Assembly (NCBI GenBank): GCA_964247055.1
Contig: OZ176055.1
Location: forward strand, 9,734,001 to 9,798,000
Reading direction: 5' to 3'
Length of the DNA stretch: 64,000 nucleotides
DNA from: Paragordius varius
Lineage: Eukaryota > Animalia > Nematomorpha
Part shown: in pieces, positions 24,301 through 38,000 of the stretch
How the letters are laid out: each line of letters starts with the position of its first letter
How positions within the stretch are numbered: position 1 is the first letter of the stretch
Notes under the pieces: generated by a model
Database searches by the model: none
The model's input: only the letters and a program-made list of their open reading frames with translations
Told to the model about the DNA's origin: nothing
Translations under genes and position numbers: made by a program

Positions 24301-24648
24301 ATAATAAAAAAAAATGTAACGTTGTTAAATAAATAAATTATACGTATTGATAAGGTATAAAATTAGTAGGCGGAGCGAATGTTTGCTCTTACATGCCAAA
24401 GGATATCATATTTTAGTGTGTGGTTATAATAAAAAAGATGCTTATACCATAGCCATCTATCTGTTCAAAATTTAATTTTATGTTAATTTTAACATTCTTA
24501 GGGTGATAGTGGAGGACCTTTGGCTTGTCAGAATAAAGTTTTTGGTGTCTCTTCTGAAATGGCTAATGATCCAAATGAAGATATGAAAGTGTCCTTTTAC
24601 ATTGATGTCACCAAATATTTGGATTTCATTAAACCACGTCTTAAATGA
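21317..24648 (+). CDS. Secreted chymotrypsin-fold (S1A) serine protease, copy 1, 6 exons, 273 aa, intact
   Basis: Exons 21317-21467, 21909-21961, 22039-22130, 23252-23484, 23875-24020, 24502-24648 (822 nt). Hydrophobic signal peptide; catalytic triad motifs TAAHC, NDIAIL, GDSGGPL; GWG motif. Confidence 0.9.
21486..21782. mobile_element. MITE family B (protease copy 1 intron 1)
   Basis: Both ends present; absent from the 135-nt equivalent intron of copy 2. Confidence 0.8.
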
Positions 24649-24938
24649 TTTTTTTTCGATAGATTTTTATTGGAATAAATTATAGTTAACGATTATTATT
24701 CTGTGTATTTTTGATGAATTAGTTTTTGTATGCAATTTTATAACCTTCAACTGTTTCATTTATATGCTTATCGATGAAGGGAACCGGACCCCTTTTTTTA
24801 AACCGTAAATTGGAATATTTTGCAATGGTTTTCAGAGTAACAAATAGTTTTAAGACGTGTAGGTGTTTTTTATTGTATTTTATCACAAGGATGTTTTATA
24901 TAGTTTTTCAGAAGAAACAAATAAAATAAATATTTGTA

Positions 24939-25067
24939 CAGTAAAAATTGAAATTATACGGACAAAATGTAAAAATATAAAGACAAATATTTTTACCTAA
25001 AATATGACCATACTTTTAAATCCTTATTTTTTTGAATAAAATTCTTTAGTTAATATTGCAAAGTGAG

Positions 25068-25103
<36 letters not shown>

Positions 25104-25248
25104 TAAAACAATCAATTTGATATTTTACCATCGTTATTGAATAGCTTATAGAGGAAAAATTAAGGTTTGAAAAGGTATTGTTGTCTTTTGAAAAAAAATA
25201 TTTGCCTGTATATTTTTCGTTTTGTCCGTATAATTTCAATTTTTACTG
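24939..25248. mobile_element. Tc1/mariner-type MITE family A (intergenic)
   Basis: TA-CAGT...ACTG-TA, near-consensus TIRs, internal (TA)n expansion. Confidence 0.9.
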
Positions 25249-25607
25249 TATATATTTACAAGATATAATTTGGTTGTATTTTTAAAACAAAAAGAAAAGC
25301 CAAAATCATAAAAAGGGAAATTTCGCAAAACCTTTGGACCGGAATCAGTCACAAAATTGCTTGAAACTGTTACTGCAGTCAAAGGAAGTTTTAGTTTTAA
25401 TCTTTCTCCGTTAAAAGTAAAATTAAAGCACATTGTAACATAATAAAATAAATTTTTTTACCTATATAAACGCGCCGCGAACCTAATGTGTTAGATTATA
25501 TGATATTCAAGTAAGTAAAGGGTGTAGCGTCGAAAGACGTTATTATCTACATACATAAATAAATGCCTTCATGTTAGATGTGTTAATGTGAGTTAGTATA
25601 GTTAACA

Positions 25608-25611
<4 letters not shown>

Positions 25612-25665
<54 letters not shown>
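25612..25665. repeat. (TA)n microsatellite, longest of several
   Basis: About 27 TA units. Shorter (TA)n runs near 470, 2041, 3826, 6509, 7887, 11067, 25072 and 26989; (ATT)n near 7623. Confidence 0.9.
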
Positions 25666-25670
<5 letters not shown>

Positions 25671-26244
25671 GAGATGTTAATTTCGCCTTGTTAGGTAGGT
25701 GAAAGCAATATTTGAGTTTAAATAACCGTACAAACAGGGTTTTATCCTTACTCCAGAAAGTAATGTTAAAGGTCTATGTCGCGTCAAATTTAGAGTTAAT
25801 TTTAAGCTCTTATCCTAATTAAAAATAGGCAAATCTTATATATTATCGCAAAATGAACCATTAACTTTCTTAACAATTCATGTTATTTTAATAGAGGGTA
25901 TTCTATCAAATTCTCCAACTGTAATAAAAGGTAATTAATATATATTATATATATAAAAAATTAAATTTTTTCAATTTCAAAAAGCAGTACAAAAGTCAGC
26001 GCAGTGCAGTCGCAGTTTTTTTTACGAAAAACAGCCTATCTGGTCACATAAATAATAAAGCATAGTGGAAAGAGTATAAATCGGTTTTATGATATTATAA
26101 AAACATTTTTTAATATAATTCGATGTTGCTCAACATTTCTATCATCTTAAATTTCGATAAAAAGGTTAATTTACTTTCTTTGGTAAAAATTTTGTTAAAA
26201 ATATCATTAATATTTAAATATTTGATTGAAAACTATCTTATTCA

Positions 26245-26600
26245 AAATTTTGAGGTGAGAATAATATTTAGAATTAAATTAAATAGAAAAAGTTTTTTTT
26301 ATATGTTAAAACAGTTTGATACCATTCCACCATGCTTAAATATACCATAATACGCTACTAACCTCTTAATCGAAATTTTGAGGATAATAATATTTAGAAT
26401 CATCTAATTATATAGAAGTTTTTTTATATGTTAAAACAGTTTGATACCATTCCACCATGCTTAAATATACCATAATACGCTACTAACCTCTTAATCGAAA
26501 TTTTGAGGATAATAATATTTAGAATCATCTAATTATATAGAAGTTTTTTTATATGTTAAAACAGTTTGATACCATTCCACCATGCTTCAATATACCACGA
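26245..26600 (+). repeat. 125-bp tandem repeat, about 3 copies
   Basis: accattccaccatgctt recurs at 26321, 26446 and 26571 (period exactly 125); copies 2 and 3 are near-identical. Confidence 0.85.
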
Positions 26601-26985
26601 CGCTTCAACAAAATTTTGCCAAATTTTAATTTTAAAGTAAGCATTCATTCAAAAATATGATATTTTGATGAAATTTAGCATATATTTAAAATATTTATCA
26701 CGCATAATAGGTATTGAGTTAAGTTTAAGAAATCTTTCCCGTTTCTGACGGGTCCAATCTCAATCTTTATATCTAAAACTCAAATTTTATTGAAATATTG
26801 TTTTCTTATAGTTTGTGAGATAATGATATTTTTCGGAATGAAGCATTTAGCAATAAATTTTAATTTATCTAAATTTGGTCAAAAATTGCCATTTTCTGTA
26901 TACAGTACACCACAAAAGGGGTAAACACGTGATTAAACACTTGTAACCAAAACCAATATCTATAAGAATTCTAATATTTATTATC

Positions 26986-27023
<38 letters not shown>

Positions 27024-28263
27024 CTAATGTGCACTGTGATATTTTGCCGAATTCGAGCTTATGCTAAATAAAAATTTTGTAAAAAATATAAAAACTTTAT
27101 GACCTTTTGGTGTATTTATACCCCACAGCCTTATAAACACTTCATAAGATTTACATTTTTTTGTAAGCGATGACATTTTGGTCTAAATTTCTCAAGAGTC
27201 TAAAGTACAACAAACTACTGTTTTGAAAGTTGTTTTGGTTAAAATTTAATTATCAAACCTTCTTCTTCGGTATTAGATAAAACACTTAGAATGTTTCCTA
27301 ATGTCAAAAGTTCAGACAACTGCATAAAACGATTGAAACAAACAGCTGATAATCGAATTTTAAAATTATTTGATAATAATTCGAAAGCTTTCCAAGTTAA
27401 TTATTATATTTTTTATGTATATTGCCTGTTGATCTACGATTTAATAAAATCAAAAGAAAAAATGAGGGCGAAAAAGTATGAGAAGAGGATTTTCCATCTT
27501 AAATTTAATAATTTTTTGATTATGTGCCTAAAAGGCTAAAGAATGCGTAACTTTTTTAGCCCAATATCATAGTTGAATTTTTAATTATTTGTGACCTGGG
27601 TGAAAAACTGACTCAACAAAAAATTTTCTTATTTTTGACCTTATTATTCTTTACTCAAATTTTTTCGCTTTCTTAGCATCTTCTACTGAATATTAAATAA
27701 AAATTAGAGAATTGTTTTTTTAACGATGGTGAAACAGGTGCGCTCGCTAAAATAGATCCGTGTTAAAGGGAATCCTCTAATTTTGAAATGATTACAATTT
27801 AATTTTGAGTTTAACTTAAGGTTCTTATAAGATACATAAAAATCGGTTTTGATACTTTTATAACGGTTTCAGGCTTATTACATAAAAACCAAAATGCTTA
27901 ATTTAGATGTTGCAAAATTCAAGACACAGGTAAGGGGTTAACCCTTGTAATGTATTTTAATTAGGAAATTTAATGGTTGATCATTTTCAGGTTTTGCAAA
28001 TGGTCCATTTATGAAGCAATTGGAACGATGTAAAAATTTAAAAAGGAATATGAATTATAATTACTTAATTGGGATGAAATATATGCGTATAGTTTTTTAC
28101 CGTCAACTAAAAATCGTAATAAATTTATAATTTAAAATAAAATTGATTTTAACCGTTTGAAGATTAGCGGCAGTAATTAAACCTTATGTAATTTGAATTT
28201 ATCGCTGAAAATTTTGATTAAGAAGTATTTTTTCTGAATCTAAAAACCAACGAATAAACAGAG

Positions 28264-28533
28264 ATATACTATCTGCACTTCAGAAGAGTACTTGAACACC
28301 TCAACTTGATCCTTGAGACATAAATAAATAAATATTTTTTTATTGGAAAAAAAATATTTTGAATTAAAAAAGTTTAAAATATATAATAAATTAAGAAAAT
28401 TAGGTTAAAAAAATAAAAAATAAATGGAAAGATTATGGTTAAATTAAAACTTAAAAATTTTGAGGATCAGCTTGAAGTATTCAAAGACCAACTTGAAGTG
28501 TTCAAGGACACTCTTGAAATGCAAATGATATAT
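28264..28533. mobile_element. MITE-like element (family E) with subterminal cttgaacacttcaag-type repeats
   Basis: Imperfect ~50-bp inverted ends. Absent from the homologous position upstream of protease copy 1 (empty site near 20908). A related right end lies at about 41620-41690. Confidence 0.65.
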
Positions 28534-28822
28534 TGGATAAAATCAACTATCATTAAAGACAATATAATAAAATAGATAAATAATTAGCTTTAAATTTAAA
28601 ACGCTATATGTCGCTCAAATAAATAATTAATACGTCGCAATTAAACAAATATTTGATTTTTTTAAAACAGTTTAGGATAACATGGACTTTATATATATGT
28701 TAAGACATATTAAAGGTCAAGTCAGGATTTATTCACACTTATATATCTATTAAAAATTTACGAAAATTATATTGTAACATAAATCAATATTTGACTACAC
28801 TTCCGTCCCCTACGTCCAGATC

Positions 28823-28829
28823 TATAAAA
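28823..28829 (+). promoter_or_regulatory. TATA box of protease copy 2
   Basis: TATAAAA at the same conserved position as in copy 1. Confidence 0.55.
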
Positions 28830-28880
28830 TAAGGAATAAATCGGTTGACATGGCTATTATAAATTTTCCTTGATCTAAAA

Positions 28881-31800
28881 ATGTTGCCAAAAATTTTTAT
28901 AACTTTATTTTTAACTATCGTTATAATTTTAAACTTTAAACTTTACGAATGTGGCATTGCATTTAATAAAACAACGGAACATATTAAAGATGCATCCTAC
29001 AATGGATCGAATATTATTTATAACACAAGAACCAAAAGTATGTGTAAATGATGATTTTTTTTATTTTCATTTTTTAATTTTACGGTTCCTACAACATTTT
29101 TGCGGAAAAAACCGTTAAAAATCAATATAAATTATTTGATAATAACTAAATTTTACATAACATATATGATAGGAAGTTTAATGATAGCTGGAGGAACCGT
29201 TGTGAAAGAGGATGCCAAATATGTCGTAAAATATTACTTTTTTTGTCCTTTTGATACTTTGGAATTTTTTTTATAATATTTTTTTTTCAAAGATTTTTAT
29301 TCAATTGCCCGAAGAACGATGCGTTGGTATACTGCTTGATGAAAATACTGTTTTAACAGCCGCTCATTGTGTCCACAAAGTGTAAGAATAATTTAAAAAA
29401 TATTTAATTAAATATATGTAATTTTAACAGAGAAAATAGATTAAGAAAAATTGCGTTTCGGTTTTGGTTCCATTGTTTTTTTTTGTCAAATGAGTACGAT
29501 TGCTAATTTCATGGATAGCCTAACTTCAAACATTACAATTAGTAATTAATTATAAAGAAAAAATTTCTACTTTTTCTGAAAACAATAAAAGAAAACATGG
29601 CTATTTTTTTGCCGTGGTTGTGTTTCTATAAATATTTCTACGGATCATTTTTTTATTTTCCAAAACGGATTTAAACGATAATGGTAGAAATTTAAAAACA
29701 CTATATATTTGATAAACATTCTAATTTGTATAGATGTTTTTAAGCTAATTTTACAATAAACAAAATGGACATTGTAAAATATTTTTTCATAAATTATTTA
29801 GTTTTAAGTTACTCTATCTAAATTAGTATATGAGCTGTGATATTAATTTTTAGCTTAATAACAATACAATCAAATGGTATAAACGGCAAAACATTTACTT
29901 TGTTTTTATGTATCGCAGAAAAGCGTTTGGTGTAAATATAAAACTCTGTGCAAAATTTTGATTACATAATGTGCGTAAATCTTGTGATTTTGAAATGTTA
30001 AACGTTGACATCCTAAACTAAAGGTCTAACACTTCGATATTGGTAGTGATCTCAGACCATATTAAAATTGACATTATTAAAAACTACTGAAAGAGATGGT
30101 TGTAATTTAGATTTACGCTATCCTAATGTATATTAAATTATGAATAAAATTTAGTATTGAAATAAATTTTCCATATCAAACTACTTAGACGCCATTTTTA
30201 TTTCGCAACATTTTCGCAAAATATCGTGCCGTTTTTATTCTGTTAAACAAATAATAATTTTTTATTATGACCGCATCATTAATAATTAAAATAAGTGGTT
30301 TATTTTGCATTATTTTTATATTTAGATAATGCACACATGTCATAATGGCTTAATTTACCTTTAGGTTTATCCGTAAAATTAGTAATATCAAGTTTTTTTG
30401 AATAAATATTTTTTAAATTTCGGTGCATCAATGTTATATTGGTGCAAACTTTTGGAATGGTTATACTTGTTTTAAAACAAGCCTGTGGTCACTAACGACC
30501 CCAATCTTAACCGAAGGACTGAAATGAATGTTTTGTATCCAAGTGTTAATCAAAATAATAACTCTTTAAACATATTTTTATAAACTACCTTCATAATCCT
30601 TTTTTCAATTGTTATATTATTTATTTGACTTATAGCAAAGCGAAAGATATGGTGCTTGTTGTAGGATCTAAAAATATTAAATATGGAAAGATTGTTTCTG
30701 TTAAATCCATTTATACTCATCCTGCGTATGATGCCCAACTTCAAAAAAATGATATCGCAATTTTAAAGCTAACTAACCCATTGTCGGGTATATTAACTTT
30801 AACCTTACCAAATAAAGATGAAAAACCTGAAGGGGATTGCTTTGCTTATGGCTGGGGATCCTATGGAAGTAATATCTATAAATTATAAACCTGATCTCCG
30901 AAATGATTTTTATAATAAACTTTATTGTTGGACTTGATAATCAATTTATACATAAAAACTAAAATAGAATCAATTTTTAAAAATAACTATCATACTTAAT
31001 CAAATCAGTAATAAAATCACATTTTTAAATATATAATTAATTATATATTAATTTACAACTATATTCCGTATGGTGCGACCCATAATGATGAGTTATATTT
31101 TAAGAATTATGATATGAAAATAGAGTTTCCTTTGATAAAAAAGATAATTCTCCTTTAGTTTATACCTTTTGTCTGTATAATTCATTTTGTATTGTAAATG
31201 TTGAACAATATCTAAAATAAATCCGGTAAAATAACATGTAAAAAATATTTGCCGATTAAAATTAGAAAGATAAGGTCGACACGCTGTTAAAACAAATGCA
31301 TTTGGTTTGACTATGATATTTGTATTTAGTTTTTTGAGGCTTTATTAAATATTAAAATCCCTATAGACGAATACTATATAAAATGGTTTTAATATTACTG
31401 TATAATGTTACATGCCTAATATATTTTGTGTTTAGGTGATCTAAAATATCTAAAGCTAAAATATGTCAGCCATGACGATTGCATTACCAAGGATATAGTG
31501 GCGAAAAGGATTCATTCTGGAACACTTAATTTGGATAAAAAAGTATGCGGATCAAATGACAATTGGCAAGGAACGGAGCCAGTAATTTCCTCTCATACAA
31601 AAAACTGGATTTTTATATAGCTGAACATTCGTTTTATTATTAAAACACCATAAAAAATAAAAAAATGCCCACAGTTACCCCATTTTTTGATGCTAAAAAA
31701 CCATATCTAACCTCATTTAAAAATTTATGTTGGCCAAAGAGTACAAATAAACCCCACATTACATATTTTTTTATCCATTTTTTAACCAATATTGATGACG

Positions 31801-32199
31801 GAATAGCGAAAAGGAAACAAAAATTATAAAAATCATAACAGTTAAATTAATATCTAATTTGGCGAGAAAATTATCACATTTTTTCTTTATTTATTCTCTT
31901 GTGTGCCTATAGCTCCTCGTTGACTCGAAATATTGTTGAAAGATATCAAAGATATATTTTAGGGACTGGTTATAACTTTTTTAAAAAAAGTTATAATGAT
32001 GAACCATAACTTTCTATTTGTCATAAGATTATATATTGATTCATTCATTATTAGGGTGATAGCGGAGGACCCTTGTTGTCAAAATAAAGTTTTTGGTGTC
32101 TCTTCTGAAATGGCTAATGATCCAGATGAAGATATGAGAGTGTCCTTTTACATTGATGTCACCAAATATTTGGATTTCATTGAACCACATCTTAAATGA
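28881..32199 (+). pseudogene. Secreted S1A serine protease, copy 2, frameshifted in the last exon
   Basis: Exons 28881-29037, 29173-29225, 29293-29381, 30636-30868, 31436-31581, 32055-32199. Triad motifs are intact, but a 2-nt loss after GDSGGPL gives TAA at 32085-32087. The normal C-terminus is still open in another frame to 32199. Confidence 0.8.
30030..30545. mobile_element. piggyBac-like non-autonomous element (family C)
   Basis: CACTT..AAGTG ends flanked by (C/T)TAA and TTAA; subterminal inverted repeat with unequal spacers. Homologous to 63168-63736; not seen in the equivalent intron of protease copy 1. Confidence 0.55.
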
Positions 32200-32299
32200 T
32201 TTTGTTTTAGCTAAATAATTTTGGTGGTGTACGAGGGATTGATTTTTATGATAATAAATTATAATTAACTATTTTTATTCTGTGCATATATAGAGTGTA

Positions 32300-34733
32300 A
32301 TTTAAACTTCGGCACACAGCTCGATAAATATATGCTGAATTATATAATAATATTTTTATACCGAAAATATTTCTATAACTTATAGGAAATTGAAGCTTAC
32401 TTCAGACTATTTTGAGGCATGATAGAAATCTTAACCCTTTATCAAAACAACGTTAAATAATTCGATGAGGCCGAACTTTCTTATCACCTCAGATTTTTGA
32501 TTAAAATATCTGTTTGTCTTAAAATATATTTAAAAAAAATTTTTTTTTTAACATAATTTTATTCAAATTTAAAAACAACCACACCTTTAAATAAAATTTT
32601 TGGTGATAATACCATACAATATCAGAGAATTATATAGTAGAATGATTTTAGTATCTTAAATCGTTTTAACACCGTTTACAATAGGTCTCAAAATAGTATG
32701 GAGGACGCCTCAACAAAATTTATCCGGAACCTAAATTTTCAGAAAAAAATTACCAATTTTTCTGACCTTTTTTTGACACAAAATTTAGCATGCATTAAAG
32801 ATTGGCATTTTGCCTTTTTGGAGGGGTAAAAAAAAATTAAGTATTAGAGCCCATATCTAAAGATTAAAACTTTATAAAATATTGTTTAATTTTATATTAA
32901 TATCATGATATAAATTTTAGTTGTATTTTTTGGAACTAAAAACATTTTTTCCCATTTTATCTGGAGCAGTTATTACAAAATAACTTTTTTAACATTTCAT
33001 ACCTTTGTCCGCGATGACATTATGGGGTAGTTTTATAAGCTTATTTAATTTAATTACAAACATTGTTCTCAATTATTAGAAAAAAATATATTTTTTATAG
33101 TTTTGTATGACTTCTAGGTGTAAAATTAAGCTCCAAAACACGATTGAAACAACAGCTGTTATTAATATTAATCTAAAATAAAGTTTCTGGTAAAACTTCG
33201 TCAATCGCGGGAGGGGGGTTAACAAATAATCTGTTGAAATATATATATTTTGGTTGGAAATATCAGGTTTATCACAGTGCTTTTGGTTTAGGGTGACGAG
33301 TTATTTAAGAAATATTTCTATATTTTTGTGGTAAGTATTCCATATCAGAAAATAACAATGCGCACTTTTTTTGGTGAGTACTAAATGCTTCTTTATAAAA
33401 AATATTACTAAAATATATTATAAACTACATAAATGAAACTAAAAATTTTAATTTTTAGATGTGGACTCGGAAAGTCCTTAATGCCGCCTAAAATGGGCTA
33501 GTTTTTTAAAAATAAACAAAAAAATACCGATCTCGCGATTGAAATTTTAAATATAGGCTGATTAAAAAATTTAGTTGTTAGCAAAATTTTGTTTAAGCCT
33601 ACTTCATACTATTTTGAAGCATTTTAAACGGTATAAAACGCTTTAACATTATTAAAACATTTTATCTTAATATTTGGATAATGATAAAGCCCTCCATTGC
33701 ATAAGAATTTTAATTTAAAAGTTTATTATCTTTCAAACTTTAGTAATTTTTAAAAAAAATCATAATTTATATTTAACATCTTGAAGAGGAACGAATATTT
33801 GATAAAAAGTTTGAGCTTCAACAAATTTCGCTAAAAATTAATTTTTTGTAAAAAGTATGCATTTTTGAAATATTTGTAGTTAAAAAGTATACATTTAAAA
33901 CTTTACACGGACGGCATTTTTCCATTTTTAAAGTAACTCCTATTTGAGAGGAGCGAAAAAAATTGGGATTTTTGGACCCCACATCTAAATACATATTTTT
34001 TGATATTATGCTTTTTATACATAGTTTAAAAATTATTTTATTACTATTTTATGGATTGAATCCCCAGGCTTTTAACCAAAAATATTTCAATAAGAGCTAT
34101 TTTTCGATTTTCTCGCAAGCACTGTCAAAAAAGTTTAGAAAACCTTCTTATTACTTCAATACCTTGTGGCGTAGTCTTATATCTCAGAGTCTTAAAAAAT
34201 ATCTTTGAAAAGTATTTAAGGTAATAAGCCGGATTTAAAATGCTTTCTTTAGTCTTTTAGGCACATATTACAAAAAATTTTTTAGTTGTAAAAAAATCCT
34301 CATCTCAAACTTTTTAGATTATTTTTTCTATAATTATTTTGATTCGCTTGTGTAGAAGAAAAAGATTTTTTTGGAAAATATAAATAATTTAGAAAGCTTT
34401 TAGGTTACATTTTACCTCAAAAATTAATATATTTTGATATAATAAAAGCTGTTTATTAAGTTGGGGAGGTGTATCAATTTTATCAAGAATCCCTGAAACT
34501 GTAAAATTTTTTTTATTTGATACATGATAACAATGTTTGTTAATTAAATTTCTAACTAAAAAACCCTTAAAACAGTAGTTTATACAAAATTGAGCTCTGG
34601 AATATAAAACTACCCAAAATAATAACTAGGAGAAAAAAGTAAAAAGAAATGAGGTGTTAAAATACTAGTAGAGACTCAGACCTAAAACACCATAATAATG
34701 ATACATTTTCCGATTTTGTGGATACCCTGTATA
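32300..34733. mobile_element. Long dispersed repeat family D (probable decayed non-autonomous DNA transposon)
   Basis: Blocks such as tggtaagta.tc.atatcagaaaat and aatgctttctttagtcttttaggcac recur at 56.6-57.0 kb, 61.6-62.9 kb, 35.7-35.8 kb and 27.5 kb in both orientations. Right end ggataccctgta resembles a Tc1/mariner CAGGG terminus. Boundaries approximate. Confidence 0.5.
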
Positions 34734-35000
34734 TAATTTAAAATATTTTCCTTGTAATATATTTCCATTTATCTTTCACTTCAGCATCTATCGAAATGTA
34801 TTTTATAAACAATATTTTTAAGTATATTTTTAATTTATTATTAAAATAAATATTTCCCAGTAAAGTGTTTATTTTAGAATTTTAACATTGCCAATCATTA
34901 TTTTTTTGTAATTATATGTTGGTTTTTTATTCATTCGTTCGGCAAACCAATCCATATATTCCCACTAGATTTAAATTCAACTTGACATAAATCAAATAAT

Positions 35001-38000
35001 ATGATTGCAGGCGTCGACTTTTTAGGGCTTATGGCTAAAATAAATAGTGATGATAAAATTTTGATGGATTCTGTTAAAGATGCTTTTTCTTGGCTTTCTA
35101 ACATGAAGAAAACATACCCTTTACACAAACAAAATTTGGTTCAAATATTAATTATTATTAAATAGGATTTGGAAGACACCATACAAAATTTAACAAAAAA
35201 ACTCAAAAAGGAAAATATTCAATCTTTTAGCCAATCCCCTCTTAATATAATTGACTCAGAAAAAACAATCGAATCAGGCCCGCCGATTGTATCATTTTTT
35301 ATATACATAATATTAGAATAACATTTTACATTTAAAGGAAAACAGAATCTCCAAGGAAGCCGAAAATTTTAATGGCCATGAATATTATCATCAAAATTAT
35401 AATAAACATATTTTGGAGTATTATATATTTTAACATTCATTTTTTAGTTTAAAAAACCTTAACGATGCTTCTGAAAACCGTCGTAAATCCTTAAATTTGG
35501 ATGATATTAATCTTTCCAGTGATTCTTCAACTTCCAGCCTAAAAGAATGTCCTCCAACCGTCGTTAAGAAAAAAATTTCTTTACCTCGGAAAAGTTTGGA
35601 CAAAAACAACTCCAAAAAGAAGGTTTTTCACTTATCAATTCTTTTGCAATCTTAATTAAAATAAGGTTCAATTTTATAACTACAAAATAAAGCATATCAA
35701 CATGATATAATTTTTCCGGGTTATGTTTAAAAAGTGTATAAGATATTATCCCGAATTTTAAATGCTTTCTTTAGTCTTTTAGGCACTTTATACAAAACAT
35801 TTTTTTAAAAATCATCACTTAAACTTTTTTGCAGCCATATTCCTTTAAATGTTTAACAGGCAAACTAAGTTTAGATAATCTGATTTATTAAAATTAAAAC
35901 CAAAGTACAATTTTTGAAAATCGCGCGTAACCCTTTCTTAACTCATTACCGCATAGCAATTAATGCCTGACAGTTACTTATACTTATTATACACTAAAAT
36001 AAAGTCAATTATATGTTATTTAATAATTTCTGTAAATTTATAGAAATCAACAGAGGGCATTGACGATAAATATTATAAAAATAATGATGAATGTAACCAG
36101 GAAAATAAAAATGAATCTAATATTCTTTGTGAAGACAACAGTACAAATAAACTGTTTAATAATAATAACTTAAAACAACCAGAGATTAACATAGCAAAGC
36201 ATAAAATGTTGTTAACTAACCCATTGCAATCCACACAAAATAACGTTAATTCTCACAATTTGCATCCCCTAAAAAAGATGCCTTCAGTACAGGATTTAAC
36301 TGTAAGTGTTCTATATTGCCTAAAAATATAATTAGTCTGATAATCAATTGTGAATTGAGTTTATAAAATGTTAAAAAACTTTTATATATTAGTCTTGTTT
36401 TGTTTAAATATCCTCAAAATCATATTTGTGAACACTTTAAAATCACCCTAAATTCTGTGTTTATGAAGGTAAAACACTATGGGAAAAAGAAACATTCCAT
36501 ATTAATAATGTTAGATTAGCCCAAAACTCATAATTTATTTATAGGGTAAGAATATGAAATGTTCAAGGGTGATAATAAATTCTGATAAAATTTTTGAAAA
36601 ATCTTAAACGGTTTTCCATTTAATTAATTAATTATAGTGTAACTTTGTTAAACTACCCATGTAATTTCGTTTTGTAAACTATTTTTTATACACACCAATA
36701 ATAGGCGATAACACTAACTAGTACATCGTCGATCACATCAACTGGTGGTCTTGATAACAAGTTGGCGAGCGCACAACGCAATAAACAATTATTTCTGGAG
36801 TCTAGGATTCAACATTTAAAGGGGTAGGTATTTTCAATTTACTTTGATACATAGAAATTATAACTTAAATTTTTTGATCATATCAAATAAACTTATAAAT
36901 TTAGTATTTAAGGTCTATCAATATTATTTGTATCTATCATTTAAAATTTGAAATGGGAATTGATACTATTACCTAGAAACTATTAAAAGTTGCTGTTTTA
37001 TATACCATTTACAGTTCAAATTCACCCCCCTTGAACAATTCAAATTCACACGAACAATTCAAATTCACACGAACAATTCAAATTTATCCTAAAAACAAAT
37101 TATGTGTTTTCGACCTAATATAATTCATTATTAATAAAAAATATATCTTTATTGCATAGTTGATTATTTTTTCAGTTTTTTTTTATTTACAAAATTGTCC
37201 TTTTTAAAAATATAGGTAATTTTTGATTTTAAACATATAATTTATTTGAGGGTGAATTAGAATCGTTCGAGAGTGAATCTGCATTGTTCAAGAGTGAATT
37301 TGAATTGTTTAAGGGTGAATTTGAGTTGTAAATGGTATATCTACATTTCAGTTTAATATGAATGATATTTGTTCTTAAAAATTTGCACATAACCTTCAAA
37401 GGTTTGCCAATGTTTTTTTGTTTTAAACTTCCATATTTTAACTAAATATACGATACCATTTCAAGTAAAAACTAATTTATAATATCTCTCAGAATACGAC
37501 ATCATCCCAAAATACCTTGTAGTACTAACATCAATAATAGTAACCAATTGAATGTACCGACCCTAACAAATAAAAAAACTGGTTTAAATACAACCAATAA
37601 CATAATAACTAATGCTTCCAACAATCATCGTTTTGCAACTTCTAAAGGCAATATTAACAATAAAAATATTGGAAACCATGGGACTGGTTCCATAGTTCGT
37701 AAATCTATCCGTAACCTAAAAAATCATGGTAAACTAAATGCCATCGTCATCAATGCAAATTCCAATGTCACCAATGTTAAAAACCACCAAGGAGCATTGC
37801 TTGAAAAAACTAATAAGCCTTCTATATTACCAGGAATGAAAAAGACGGAAGTAGTTAGTAAAGATGTGCGGGATGGAAAAGGCAAAATTGCCAATAAAAT
37901 TGATTATCCTAAAATTATTGGGGCGGCCGAAAAAAATTTAATCAATGTAGTGTCTAATAATGCTGCTTCTGGTCCAACAACAATGCTTAAACCTATCGGA

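Larger units (their letters stand above)
20620..24720 (+). repeat. Segmental duplication unit 1 (protease locus); paralogous unit at about 27990-32290
   Basis: Upstream region, promoter, exons, intron flanks and 3' end align between the two units (e.g. agaagtat.ttttctgaatcta, gtccagatctataaaa, identical exon phases). Boundaries approximate. Confidence 0.8.

Noticed and set aside
25236-27539. ORFs 25236..25433, 26123..26350 and 27291..27539 as genes
   Set aside because: They overlap a MITE end, the 125-bp repeat or family D repeat; low-complexity AT-driven composition and no recognisable motifs.
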